DNA from: Actinomycetota bacterium | GTDB taxonomy: Bacteria > Actinomycetota > Thermoleophilia > Gaiellales > Gaiellaceae | Reading direction: 5' to 3' | NCBI GenBank assembly: GCA_046729255.1 | Contig: JBKPGF010000021.1 | Location: forward strand, 39,064-103,063 | Length of the DNA: 64,000 nt | Shown here: positions 34,676-43,650 of the stretch, piece by piece | Numbering within the stretch: position 1 is the first letter of the stretch | Layout of the letters: each line of letters opens with the position of its first letter | Notes under the pieces: generated by a model | Databases searched by the model: none | Seen by the model: only the letters and a program-made list of their open reading frames with translations | Told to the model about the DNA's origin: nothing | Position numbers and translations under genes: made by a program

Positions 34676-35103
34676 TCGGCGAGACCCTTCGCGCGCAGCT
34701 CCTCCAGAGCTGCGTCGGACTTCTCGAGGTCGGCGAGCGCCATGCCTTCGAGGATGCGCGGGGTCTTCGTGAACTGGACGTCGCGGTAGTCCACGACCTG
34801 CCAGTGGTTGCCCCAGGGATCGAGGAAGTCGTGGCCGCCGACCATCTGCGCGCCGGCGGCTCGCGCCCGCTCGACGGTGGCCTCCTGGCCGTCGACGACG
34901 AGCCCGATGTGGCGCCCGCCGTCGGGCGGCTGCGTCCGACCGGCTTCGAGCGCGATGAACTGATCGCCGAGGTCGATGAACGCCATGTGCCGGCCTCGGC
35001 CGCGCAGCGAGAGCTCGCCGAAGATCTGCTCGAAGAACGCGAGGGCCTCGTCGATCGAACCGACCTCGACGGCGACGTGGTTGATGCCCACCGGCCGTGG
35101 CAC
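34672..35103 (-). CDS. VOC (glyoxalase) family protein
   Basis: 143 aa, GTG start. VGINHVAVEVGSIDEALAFFEQIFG...FLDPWGNHWQVVDY. Confidence 0.75.
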   Translation of the reverse strand: MPRPVGINHVAVEVGSIDEALAFFEQIFGELSLRGRGRHMAFIDLGDQFIALEAGRTQPPDGGRHIGLVVDGQEATVERARAAGAQMVGGHDFLDPWGNHWQVVDYRDVQFTKTPRILEGMALADLEKSDAALEELRAKGLAD

Positions 35104-35190
35104 GGAACTCAGCGTAGCCGTGGCGGTGTAGACACGACATCTCGAGACGGCGAGCCGACAGAGTGGAACCGACCGCCTCCGTGCGGTGTA
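35104..35190 (+). promoter_or_regulatory. two tandem ECF-type promoter-like motifs upstream of the ECF sigma gene
   Basis: GGAAC(35104-35108)-N16-GGTGTA(35125-35130) and GGAAC(35165-35169)-N15-GGTGTA(35185-35190). The second would place a transcription start at or near GTG 35200. Confidence 0.35.
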
Positions 35191-35199
35191 CTAGCGACG

Positions 35200-35760
35200 G
35201 TGGTGGGCCGGCCACTCGAAGAGACGGAGCTGACCGCCCGCGCGCAGCGGGGAGATGTCCACGCCTACGAGGAGCTCGTGCGCATGCACCAGGGGATCGC
35301 CTTCCGCACCGCGTACGTCTTCACCGGCACCGCCGAGAATGCGCAGGAGGCCGCGCAGGATGCGTTCGTCAAGGCGTTTCGCGCGCTCGACCGCTTCCGG
35401 ACCGGGGCGCCCTTCCGGCCGTGGCTCCTGAAGATCGTGGCGAACGAGGCCCGGAACCGTCGCCGCTCGGCGGGGAGGAGGGAGGCGCTCGCCGTGCGTG
35501 CTGTGGCAGGCGCAGGCTCGGAGGACGCGGCTCCGTCCCCCGAGGCGGCCCTCCTCTCCGCCGAGCGACGCGCCGAGCTCGTGGCAGCGCTCGACCGGCT
35601 GCGAAGCGAGGACCGCGAGGTGATTGCCTGCCGCTACTTCCTCGATCTCTCGGAGGAGGACACCGCGGCGGCGCTCGGTTGGAAGCGTGGCACGGTCAAG
35701 TCGCGGCTGTCGCGCGCTCTCGAGCGGCTGCGCGCCGAGTTGGAGGTGCACGTTGCCTGA
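35200..35760 (+). CDS. ECF (sigma-70 family) RNA polymerase sigma factor
   Basis: About 186 aa. Region 2 (YEELVRMHQGIAFRTAYVFTG..AQDAFVKAFRALDRFR..FRPWLLKIVANEARNRRR) and region 4 HTH (EDTAAALGWKRGTVKSRLSRALERLR). Confidence 0.85.
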   Translation: MVGRPLEETELTARAQRGDVHAYEELVRMHQGIAFRTAYVFTGTAENAQEAAQDAFVKAFRALDRFRTGAPFRPWLLKIVANEARNRRRSAGRREALAVRAVAGAGSEDAAPSPEAALLSAERRAELVAALDRLRSEDREVIACRYFLDLSEEDTAAALGWKRGTVKSRLSRALERLRAELEVHVA

Positions 35761-36436
35761 GCTCGAGCGCGAGCTGAGAGCACTCGCCGTCACGCTCGAC
35801 TGGCCGGCGGAGCGCGACTTCGTGCCGGCCGTTCGGGCGCGGCTCCAGTCGCGCCAGCGCCGCCCGCTGCCGTGGCGCCGGATCGCCGCAGTCGCCGCGC
35901 TTGTGCTCGTCGTCGGCATCGCGGCGACCATGGCGGTGCCCGACGCCCGCACTGCGGTGCTGCGCTTCTTCGGCCTGAAGGGCGTGACGGTGATTCGCGT
36001 CGAACAGCTACCGCCGGCGCCGCCGCCGTCCGAGGCGTTCTTCGGTGAGCAGGTCTCGCTGGCGGAGGCCGAGCGCATTGCGGGTATCGACCTGCTCCTG
36101 CCCGATCTCGGGCAGCCGGACGAGGTGTGGGTGGATCGTCTCTCGCCGAACTTCGTCGTGATCCACTACGGCCGCCCGGACACCAGGCTCCGTCTGACCG
36201 AGCTCGTGGGAGGCTTCGTGGAGAAGTACGCGACGTCGGAGCAGCGCGTCGAGCGTGTGGAGGTGGACGGTAGGCCCGGCATCTGGATCGAGGGTGAGCA
36301 CGTCGTGTCCGGTCCCACCGGAGCACCGCGGCGAGCCGCCAGCGCTCTCCTGTGGGAGCAGGAGGGTCTGACCTTGCGCCTGGAAGGCGACCTGTCGAAG
36401 GAGCGGGCGCTCGAGATCGCACGCACGGTTCGCTGA
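35753..36436 (+). CDS. anti-sigma factor-like membrane protein (single TM, DUF4367-like ectodomain)
   Basis: TTG 35753 overlaps the sigma gene's 3' end. TM helix IAAVAALVLVVGIAATMAV. Position immediately downstream of the ECF sigma gene. Confidence 0.6.
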   Translation: MPELERELRALAVTLDWPAERDFVPAVRARLQSRQRRPLPWRRIAAVAALVLVVGIAATMAVPDARTAVLRFFGLKGVTVIRVEQLPPAPPPSEAFFGEQVSLAEAERIAGIDLLLPDLGQPDEVWVDRLSPNFVVIHYGRPDTRLRLTELVGGFVEKYATSEQRVERVEVDGRPGIWIEGEHVVSGPTGAPRRAASALLWEQEGLTLRLEGDLSKERALEIARTVR

Positions 36437-36489
36437 GGCTCCCCCGAAAGGGGGAATCCGAACGGGGAGCGACAACCGAAGTACGGTCT

Positions 36490-36696
36490 GTGACGAACGC
36501 CGCCGACACCGATCTCGCCGTCGACACCGAGTCCGAGCGCGTGACGGCCTGGCGTGCGTGTGAGCTCATGCGCGCCGGCTACGAGCCCGTCATGGCCGCC
36601 GAGCTGGCGGAGCACAACGAGGTCGACCTTCACCTCGCCCTCGAGCTCGTCGAGCGCGGTTGTGCGCCAGAGCTCGCGGCTCGGATACTTCTCTAG
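36490..36696 (+). CDS. small conserved-looking hypothetical protein
   Basis: 68 aa (GTG 36490; an alternative GTG lies further in). ...ELMRAGYEPVMAAELAEHNEVDLHLALELVERGCAPELAARILL resembles small actinobacterial proteins ending in a ...RGCPPE.A.RIL motif (from memory, not searched). Confidence 0.45.
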   Translation: MTNAADTDLAVDTESERVTAWRACELMRAGYEPVMAAELAEHNEVDLHLALELVERGCAPELAARILL

Positions 36697-36732
36697 ACCT
36701 CGGGCGCGCAAACCGGGCAGAATGCTGCTCGC

Positions 36733-37638
36733 ATGTCGAGCCTTCTCGCCACGTTCCCCTCGCCGTCGAGCGGGACGATCGACATCGGGCCGCTGTCGAT
36801 CCACATGTATGGGATCACGCTGCTCGTGGCCATCGTCTGCGCAATCGGCCTGACCGGCCTGCGCTGGACGAGGCGTGGCGGCGACTGGGACCTCGTGCTG
36901 CGGGCCGCGGTGTGGGGCGTCGCCGCCGGCATCGTCGGCGCCCGCCTCTACCACGTCGTCACGAGCTGGGACCAGCTGCCCGACGAGTGGTGGGGCCCGT
37001 TCGCCGTGTGGGAAGGAGGTCTCGGCATCTGGGGCGGCATCCTCTTCGGTGTCGTCGCCGGCGGCATCGTCGTCTGGCGCTCCGGGGAGAGCGTCGCACT
37101 CTTCGCCGACTGCCTAGCGCCTGCGCTGCTGCTCGCCCAGGGCATCGGACGCTGGGGCAACTGGTGGAACCAGGAGCTCTTCGGCAAGCCCACCGACCTG
37201 CCGTGGGGGCTCGACATCGACGCCGAGCACTGCCCTGTCGACTATCTCGACCTCGGCACGGGCTGTAGCGAGAACTTCCACCCGATCTTCCTCTACGAGT
37301 TCATCTTCGACCTCATCGGCGTCGGCGTCCTGTTGCTCGTCGAGCGGCTCATGCGTGTCCGCCCGCCCGGGCTCTTCGCCCTCTACGTCGCGTGGTACTC
37401 GCTCGGCCGCGTCTTCGAGGAGCAGGTGCGCATCGATCCCTCGCACGAGTTCCTCGGCCAGCGGTTGAACTTCTGGGTGGCGGCCGTCCTCCTCGTCCTC
37501 TCGTCGGCGTTCTTCATCTGGTGGCAGTTCGTTCGCAAGCACCCCCGTCCCGGGCCCAGCGTCGTCGGGCCGGGAGCCGCGCGGCCGGGTGGTCCGGCGA
37601 TGGCCGTCCCCAAGGGACGCGTCCGCTCGCGTCGCTAG
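36733..37638 (+). CDS. lgt: prolipoprotein diacylglyceryl transferase
   Basis: 301 aa. IHMYGITLLVAI and the Lgt signature GIGRWGNWWNQELFGKPTDLPWG. Confidence 0.9.
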   Translation: MSSLLATFPSPSSGTIDIGPLSIHMYGITLLVAIVCAIGLTGLRWTRRGGDWDLVLRAAVWGVAAGIVGARLYHVVTSWDQLPDEWWGPFAVWEGGLGIWGGILFGVVAGGIVVWRSGESVALFADCLAPALLLAQGIGRWGNWWNQELFGKPTDLPWGLDIDAEHCPVDYLDLGTGCSENFHPIFLYEFIFDLIGVGVLLLVERLMRVRPPGLFALYVAWYSLGRVFEEQVRIDPSHEFLGQRLNFWVAAVLLVLSSAFFIWWQFVRKHPRPGPSVVGPGAARPGGPAMAVPKGRVRSRR

Positions 37639-37651
37639 CCTCCCGGCTGCC

Positions 37652-38386
37652 ATGACAGCGCCGGTGCTCGATCTCGACCTCGAGACGTTCGAGGGTCCCT
37701 TCGACCTGCTGTTGACGCTGATCCTCAGGGAGGAGCTGCGGCTGGCCGAAGTGGACGTCGCCGACATCGTGACCTCGTTCGCGGGGCAGCTCGAGGAGGA
37801 GCGGAGGCTCGACCTCGAGGCGTGCGGCGAGTTCCTCGTACTCGTGGGGGCGATGCTCGAGATCAAGGCTCGAGAGCTCTTCCCCGACCTCCCCTCGGAT
37901 GTCGCCGAGCTGAGCCCCGAGGAGGCGGCGGAAGAGCTCGCCGAGCGGCTCGAGGCGTACCGGCGCATGAAGTCCGCAGCCGCTTGGCTCTCCGAGCGGC
38001 TCGACGCCGAGTCCAACCGCTACTTCAGGCTCGGCCTGGCGCCGCTGTCGCCGCAGCCCGAGCTGCGTCTAGCGCCCCAGGATCCCGCTGGTCTCGCCGC
38101 CGTCATGCGACATCTCGCGACCGAGCCCCCACAGGTCTCGCTTGCCCACATGCAGCTCACGTTTCCGCCGGTCGCACGCTTCCTCGAGCGCTTTCGCGCA
38201 GTGCTCGAACGCCGCCGCCGCTTCGCCCTCGACGAGGAGCTCGAGGGTCTATCGCGTCTCGAGCAAGCGTCGGCGTTCCTTGCGCTGCTCGAGCTGCGCA
38301 AGCTCGACGAGCTGCGCATCGAGCAGCGCGAGCCGTTCGGGCCGATAGGAGTCCGCCGTCCAGACGTCGAAAGGAGTGCCGCATGA
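37652..38386 (+). CDS. scpA: segregation and condensation protein A
   Basis: LDLDLETFEGPFDLLLTLILREEL N-terminus. Confidence 0.85.
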   Translation: MTAPVLDLDLETFEGPFDLLLTLILREELRLAEVDVADIVTSFAGQLEEERRLDLEACGEFLVLVGAMLEIKARELFPDLPSDVAELSPEEAAEELAERLEAYRRMKSAAAWLSERLDAESNRYFRLGLAPLSPQPELRLAPQDPAGLAAVMRHLATEPPQVSLAHMQLTFPPVARFLERFRAVLERRRRFALDEELEGLSRLEQASAFLALLELRKLDELRIEQREPFGPIGVRRPDVERSAA

Positions 38387-38994
38387 CGCCTGAGGTCGCA
38401 ACGCTACGCCTCGTCGAAGCCGATCCGCTCGAGCGCCTCTCCCGGACGCTCGAAGCACTGCTCGTCATCGCTTCGGCGCCTCTCTCCTGCGCTGAGCTGG
38501 CGGCCGCTGCCGACGAGAACGAGGATCGCGTGCAAGCAGCGCTCGACCTCCTCGGCGAGCGGTACTCCGAGGGGCGCAGCGGGATCGTGGTCGAGCACGT
38601 GGCAGGGGGCTTCGCCTTCCGAGCCGCGCGATCGGAGGCCGATGCGTGCTCCCGCCTCGTCGAGCGGCCCGTCGAGCGCGGGCTGTCCCAAGCGGCGCTC
38701 GAGACGCTCGCCATCGTGGCGTACCTCGGCCCGTGCACGCGGCCGGACATCGCGCGCATTCGCGGCGTCGCCGCCGACACCGTCGTCGCCGGGCTCGTCG
38801 AGCGCGGGCTCGTGGTCGAGGCCGGCCGTGAGCCGGACCTCGGAGGCGCCATTCGCTACCGCACGACCGCGCTCTTCGAGCGCGTGTTCGGCCTCGAAGC
38901 GCTTTCGGAGCTGCCCCGGCTCGACGACCTCGGCCGGGACGCCGGGGAGATCCGGGCTCGGCTCGACGCGGTTGCCGAACGCCGCCCGGCATAG
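38383..38994 (+). CDS. scpB: segregation and condensation protein B
   Basis: ATGA overlap with scpA. LEALLVIASAPLS...GGFAFRA...LSQAALETLAIVAYLGPCTRPDIARIRGV. Confidence 0.85.
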   Translation: MTPEVATLRLVEADPLERLSRTLEALLVIASAPLSCAELAAAADENEDRVQAALDLLGERYSEGRSGIVVEHVAGGFAFRAARSEADACSRLVERPVERGLSQAALETLAIVAYLGPCTRPDIARIRGVAADTVVAGLVERGLVVEAGREPDLGGAIRYRTTALFERVFGLEALSELPRLDDLGRDAGEIRARLDAVAERRPA

Positions 38995-39003
38995 TTCCGG
39001 GTA

Positions 39004-39567
39004 ATGGACGTCACCGATGAGACCTTCTATCGCGACGTGCTCGAGCGCTCGCACGAGCAACCTGTGGTCGTCGACTTCTGGGCGGACTGGTGCGGTCCGT
39101 GCAAGGCGCTCGCCCCGGTGCTCGAGCGCGAGGTCGAGGCCCGCTCCGACAAGCTCATGCTGGCGAAGGTCGACGTGGACGCGAACCCCGAGCTGGCGAC
39201 CCACTACCGCGTCAGCGGGATACCCGCGGTGAAGGCGTTCCGGAACGGCCAGGTCGTCTCGGAGTTCACCGGCGTGAAGTCGGCACAAGGGGTCGGCGAC
39301 TTCCTGGATGCCCTCTTCGGGCCGACCGCCGGGGAGCGGCTGCTCGACGAGCTCCGTGCGTCCGGTGAGCAGCCCGAGGTGCTCGCGGCGCTCGAGGCGG
39401 GAGATCACGAACGCGCGCTCGAGCTGTTGCTTGCGCAGGCACAAGAGGCGGACGGCGAGACCCGGGATCGCGTCCGCGAGCTGATGGTGGCGGTGTTCGA
39501 AGATCTCGGGCAGGAGCACGAGCTCTCGACGCGCTACCGCCGCCAGCTCGCGACGACGCTGTACTAG
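39004..39567 (+). CDS. thioredoxin-domain protein with TPR-like C-terminal domain (YbbN/CnoX-like)
   Basis: VVVDFWADWCGPCKALAPVLE, plus a helical C-terminal half. Confidence 0.8.
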   Translation: MDVTDETFYRDVLERSHEQPVVVDFWADWCGPCKALAPVLEREVEARSDKLMLAKVDVDANPELATHYRVSGIPAVKAFRNGQVVSEFTGVKSAQGVGDFLDALFGPTAGERLLDELRASGEQPEVLAALEAGDHERALELLLAQAQEADGETRDRVRELMVAVFEDLGQEHELSTRYRRQLATTLY

Positions 39568-39574
39568 GGAGCTT

Positions 39575-40099
39575 CTAAGGCCGGTACTGCTGGTCGAGCG
39601 CGCAGGCCGTGTCGATCCGGTAGCGCATCCAGACGCCGCTCTCCAGCGACTCGAAGAGCTTGCGCTTGCTGCTCTTGCCGGTGCGAACGATCTCCGCGAG
39701 CTCGGCGACGGTGATCGGCGTCGAGAGGATCCCCGTCGGCTGGTTGACGAGCACGGTCACGTGGGTGGTCGGACGGACGAGATACGTGAGGAGGCGATGG
39801 CTCTCGTCGATCACGTAGTTGTCGTTGGGCACGGGCGCCCCCGGCTCGACGGCGCCGTCCTCGGCGGCGGCCGTGTTGGCCGTCACGCCGCTCGCGAACC
39901 AGGCCGGATCGAAGCGGAGCACGTAGTGGTCGCCTTTCCGCACGAGCGACCGGATGTGGCCGAACACCTTGTCGTCGCACTGCCGTGCGGCGGCCGGTTC
40001 GGACTCCGTGTCCTTCGTGAAGTACAGACCGGCAAAGGTGCCGGTCGCCGCTAGGGCGAGAACGGCGACGACCACAGCAGCTATGAGCCAGCGCTTCAT
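39575..40099 (-). CDS. hypothetical secreted/membrane-anchored protein
   Basis: 174 aa. Signal/anchor MKRWLIAAVVVAVLALAATGTFAGLYF. No family recognised. Confidence 0.55.
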   Translation of the reverse strand: MKRWLIAAVVVAVLALAATGTFAGLYFTKDTESEPAAARQCDDKVFGHIRSLVRKGDHYVLRFDPAWFASGVTANTAAAEDGAVEPGAPVPNDNYVIDESHRLLTYLVRPTTHVTVLVNQPTGILSTPITVAELAEIVRTGKSSKRKLFESLESGVWMRYRIDTACALDQQYRP

Positions 40100-40107
40100 G
40101 CGGCCGC

Positions 40108-40113
40108 GACAAT
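40108..40113 (+). promoter_or_regulatory. -10-like GACAAT, 6 nt before the rluB ATG; overlaps TATTGT on the opposite strand
   Basis: GACAAT-agcgcg-ATG(40120). The reverse strand reads TATTGT (complement of 40109-40114), 9 nt before the ATG of the 39575-40099 gene. Confidence 0.4.
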
Positions 40114-40119
40114 AGCGCG

Positions 40120-40824
40120 ATGCGGCTCAACGCGTATCTCGCACGCGCGGGCGTCGCGTCGCGGCGGAGGGCGGACGAGCTGATCCTCGCGGGCCGAGTG
40201 ACGGTCAACGGGCAGCCGGGCCAGCTCAATACGTTCGTTTCGCGAGATGACGTCGTCGAGCTCGACGGGCGACGGTTGGCGAAGCAGCGGCTCGCCTACG
40301 TCCTGCTCCACAAACCGACGGGTGTCGTCACGACCGCCCGGGATCCGGGCGGCCGGCCTACCGTCGTCGAGCTCGTCGAGCACGAGGCGCGCGTCGTCCC
40401 CGTCGGCCGCCTCGACGCTGACACGACGGGCGCGCTCCTGCTCACGAACGACGGCGCCCTCGCGCACAGGCTCGCCCACCCGCGCTACGAGGTGGACAAG
40501 GTCTACGAGGTGGAGGTGGAAGGGGAACCGTCCGAGGACATCCTGCGCCGTCTCTCCGAGGGCATCGAGCTCGAGGATGGCATGACGGCTCCTGCCGACG
40601 TGCGCCGGCTCGGCCCCTCACGGATCGAGCTGACGCTCCACGAAGGCCGCAAACACCAGGTGAAGCGAATGTGCGAAGCGGTCGGGCACCCGGTGCGGTG
40701 CCTCCACCGCTCGCGGTACGCGAGCCTCACGGTCGACGCGCTCGCGCCGGGCGAGTGGCGCGAGCTGACGGCGGCCGAGACCGAGGAGCTCCACCGGCTC
40801 AGCGCAGTCTCACGAACCCCATGA
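40120..40824 (+). CDS. rluB: pseudouridine synthase, RsuA/RluB family
   Basis: S4 domain (MRLNAYLARAGVASRRRADELI) and catalytic motif VGRLDADTTGALLLTNDG. Confidence 0.85.
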   Translation: MRLNAYLARAGVASRRRADELILAGRVTVNGQPGQLNTFVSRDDVVELDGRRLAKQRLAYVLLHKPTGVVTTARDPGGRPTVVELVEHEARVVPVGRLDADTTGALLLTNDGALAHRLAHPRYEVDKVYEVEVEGEPSEDILRRLSEGIELEDGMTAPADVRRLGPSRIELTLHEGRKHQVKRMCEAVGHPVRCLHRSRYASLTVDALAPGEWRELTAAETEELHRLSAVSRTP

Positions 40825-41785
40825 CGTCGTGCATGCGCTCGAGGGTCGGAGCGGACTCGGTGGCCGCCTTCGCGGCACCCTCGGCCAGCAGACGGCGTAC
40901 TTCCTCGTCGTCGGCACGCAGCTCCCGGTAGTGCTCCTGGATCGGCGCGAGGAGCTCGACGACAGCCTCGGCGACGTCCTCCTTGAATTGGCCGTATCCC
41001 TGGCCGTCGTACCGCGTCTGGATGTCCGCGATCGGCTCCCCGGTGGCGACGGACATGATCTCGATGAGGTTGGAGACGCCCGGCTTCGCGTCCGGGTCGT
41101 GGACGACGTCGCGGCCGGAGTCGGTGACCGCGGTCTTGAACTTCCGCCGGATCGTGTCCGGGTCGTCGATCATGCGCACGACACCCTGCGGCGCCCCCGC
41201 GGACGTGGACATGAGCCGCTCGGGCTCCTGGAGGTTCTTGATGCGAGCGCCCTCGTCGGGGAAGACGCCGTCGGGCACCGTGAACGTCTCGCCGTAGCGC
41301 TGGTTGAAGCGCTGCGCAATGTCGCGTGCGAGCTCGATGTGCTGGCGCTGATCGTCGCCGACGGGGACGATGTTCGTCTGGTAGAGGAGGATGTCGCCGG
41401 CCATCAGCACCGGGTAGTTGAAGAGGCCGGCCGAGACGAAGTCCTGCTCCGCCGACTTGTCCTTGAACTGCGTCATGCGACGCAGCTCCCCGAAGGCGGC
41501 CGCGCTCGAGAGCAGCCAGGCCGCTTCCGCGTGTGCGGGCACGTGGCTCTGCGCGAACACGATCGACCGCTCCGGGTCGATACCGGTGGCAAAGAGCAGC
41601 GCCGCACCGGCCAGCGTCGCCTCGTGAAGCGCCTCCGGCTCATAGGCGGTCGTGATCGAGTGGAGGTCGACGATGCAGAAGACGGCGTCGCCCTGCTCCT
41701 GGGTGGCGCGGTACTGCCGGTAGCCGCCCGAGTAGTTGCCGAGCGTCTTGTCGCCGGAAGCCCGTATGCCGGAGAAGATGCGCAT
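40799..41785 (-). CDS. trpS: tryptophan--tRNA ligase
   Basis: ATG 41785 (MRIFSGIRASGDKTLGNYSG...) is preferred over the track start at 41800. Class I Rossmann core. Overlaps the rluB 3' end by 26 nt. Confidence 0.9.
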   Translation of the reverse strand: MRIFSGIRASGDKTLGNYSGGYRQYRATQEQGDAVFCIVDLHSITTAYEPEALHEATLAGAALLFATGIDPERSIVFAQSHVPAHAEAAWLLSSAAAFGELRRMTQFKDKSAEQDFVSAGLFNYPVLMAGDILLYQTNIVPVGDDQRQHIELARDIAQRFNQRYGETFTVPDGVFPDEGARIKNLQEPERLMSTSAGAPQGVVRMIDDPDTIRRKFKTAVTDSGRDVVHDPDAKPGVSNLIEIMSVATGEPIADIQTRYDGQGYGQFKEDVAEAVVELLAPIQEHYRELRADDEEVRRLLAEGAAKAATESAPTLERMHDVMGFVRLR

Positions 41786-41790
41786 GGCAG

Positions 41791-41797
41791 GATTATC
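41791..41797. promoter_or_regulatory. overlapping divergent -10-like boxes shared by trpS and DAHP synthase
   Basis: Plus strand: GATTAT(41791-41796)-N6-ATG(41803). Minus strand: GATAAT (complement of 41792-41797)-N6-ATG(41785). Only 17 nt lie between the two ATGs. Confidence 0.45.
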
Positions 41798-41799
41798 CA

Positions 41800-42843
41800 T
41801 TGATGGCTACCAACGTCTCACCCGAGCTCCTCATCGTCATGAGGGGCGGCGCGACGACCGAGCAGACGGAGAACGTCGTCGCGCGCCTACAGGAGGTCGG
41901 CGCCGACGCGCGCGTCTCGACCGGGCGCGAGGCGACCGTCATCGGCGCGATCGGCGAGCGCGAGCTCCTGACGTCGCTGCCGCTCGAGGCATACCCGGGT
42001 GTCGAGCAGGTGCTGCCGATCCTCAAGCCGTACAAGCTCGTCTCGCGCGAGATCTCTCCCGATCCCACCGTGATCGAGGCTCGCGGCCGCAAGATCGGCG
42101 ACGGCTGGTTCGGGCTGATCGCCGGCCCGTGCACGGTCGAGACGGAGGAGCAGACGCTCGAGACGGCGCGTGCGGTGGCCGCCGCCGGCGCGTCGATGCT
42201 GCGCGGCGGGGCGTTCAAGCCACGCACGTCGCCGTACGCCTTCCAGGGGCTCGGCGTGGAGGCGCTCGCCATTCTCAGGGAGGCCCGCGAGGAGACCGGG
42301 CTGCCGATCGTCACCGAGCTGCTCGACCCGCGCCAGCTGGACGAGGTGGCGGACGTCGCCGACGTCATCCAGATCGGCGCTCGCAACATGCAGAACTTCC
42401 TGTTGCTGTCGGAGCTCGGTCGCGTCGACCTACCGGTGCTGCTCAAGCGCGGCCCGTCGGCGTCGGTGGAGGAGCTGCTGATGGCGGCCGAGTACGTGGC
42501 CAAGGAGGGGAACGAGCGCATCATTCTCTGCGAGCGGGGCATTCGCACGTTCGAGCGCTCCACCCGCTACACGCTCGACCTCGGCTCGGTGGCGGTCCTG
42601 AAGGACGAGACGCATCTGCCGGTGATCGTCGACCCGTCCCACGCGCCTGGGCGGCGAGATCTCGTGCTGCCGCTGTCGCGGGCCGCCGCGGCCGTCGGCG
42701 CCGACGGCATCATCGTCGAGGTGCATCCGCGCCCCGAGGAGGCGCTCTGCGACGGGCCGCAGCAGGTGCCCGCCGACGAGTTCGCCGACTTCGCGCGCGC
42801 CGTCGGCGAGGTCGTCTCGCTGATGGGCCGCGAGATCGGCTAG
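41800..42843 (+). CDS. 3-deoxy-7-phosphoheptulonate (DAHP) synthase, type I-beta, with N-terminal ferredoxin-like regulatory domain
   Basis: 347 aa (TTG 41800 or ATG 41803). N-terminal ~75-aa domain ([30 protein letters not shown]), then [31 protein letters not shown] and DPSH. Confidence 0.85.
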   Translation: MMATNVSPELLIVMRGGATTEQTENVVARLQEVGADARVSTGREATVIGAIGERELLTSLPLEAYPGVEQVLPILKPYKLVSREISPDPTVIEARGRKIGDGWFGLIAGPCTVETEEQTLETARAVAAAGASMLRGGAFKPRTSPYAFQGLGVEALAILREAREETGLPIVTELLDPRQLDEVADVADVIQIGARNMQNFLLLSELGRVDLPVLLKRGPSASVEELLMAAEYVAKEGNERIILCERGIRTFERSTRYTLDLGSVAVLKDETHLPVIVDPSHAPGRRDLVLPLSRAAAAVGADGIIVEVHPRPEEALCDGPQQVPADEFADFARAVGEVVSLMGREIG

Positions 42844-42858
42844 ATCGGCTAGGCGGAG

Positions 42859-43650
42859 GTGCTCACCGAGCTCGGTCTCTACAAGCTCTTCGGAGAGGAT
42901 CCCGAGAAGACGCAGCGCTTTGCGCGGATCTTCATGGGGCCGTTCACGCAGTTCCTCGCCCCAAACGCGACGTACGGAGTGGAGCGCGTGCCGCGCTTCG
43001 GCGGGCTCGTCGTCGCGTCGAACCACCTGAATGCGATCGACCCGCTGCTCGTGCCGATCTCCTGCCCGCGCACGATCTACCAGATCGCGAAGAGCGAGCT
43101 GCTCGAGATTCCCATTGCCGGCGAGGTGTTGCGGTGGCTCGGCTCCTTCGGTGTGCGGCGCGGGGAGGGCGACCGAGACGCGCTGCGCGTCGCCAGGTGG
43201 GTCGTGGCGGAGGGGCACGTGGCCGGCTTCTTCGTCGAGGGCACACGCCGGAAGCTCGGGTATCCAGGCCCCGGTCATGCCGGGGCCGCGATGATCGCCA
43301 TCCAGGAAGGCGTCCCGGTCGTCCCGTGCGGGCTCGACACGTTTCAATGGTCGTTGCGCAACCCGCGGCGCTGCGCGGTCGTGTGGGGGAGCCCGATCGA
43401 CATCTCCGGGTGTCCGAGAAACGGCAAGGGTTACAAGGAGGGCGCGGCCATCGTCGACGGTGCGATTCTCGCCCTGTGGCGCCAGGCTGCGCAGGCGGTC
43501 GTCGACGGGTTTCCGGAGATGCTGGCGGACGGGGCTCGACGTCACGGGACGCTGAAGGCAGACGAGGTTGCCTATGTCGACGCGACGCCGTGGCCGGACG
43601 AGCCGTGGGCAGAAGGCCCGCTGGGGCCGGTCTTTCCCGGCAAAGGCTGA
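42859..43650 (+). CDS. 1-acyl-sn-glycerol-3-phosphate acyltransferase family protein
   Basis: HX4D motif NHLNAIDP and FVEGTRR. Confidence 0.8.
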   Translation: MLTELGLYKLFGEDPEKTQRFARIFMGPFTQFLAPNATYGVERVPRFGGLVVASNHLNAIDPLLVPISCPRTIYQIAKSELLEIPIAGEVLRWLGSFGVRRGEGDRDALRVARWVVAEGHVAGFFVEGTRRKLGYPGPGHAGAAMIAIQEGVPVVPCGLDTFQWSLRNPRRCAVVWGSPIDISGCPRNGKGYKEGAAIVDGAILALWRQAAQAVVDGFPEMLADGARRHGTLKADEVAYVDATPWPDEPWAEGPLGPVFPGKG

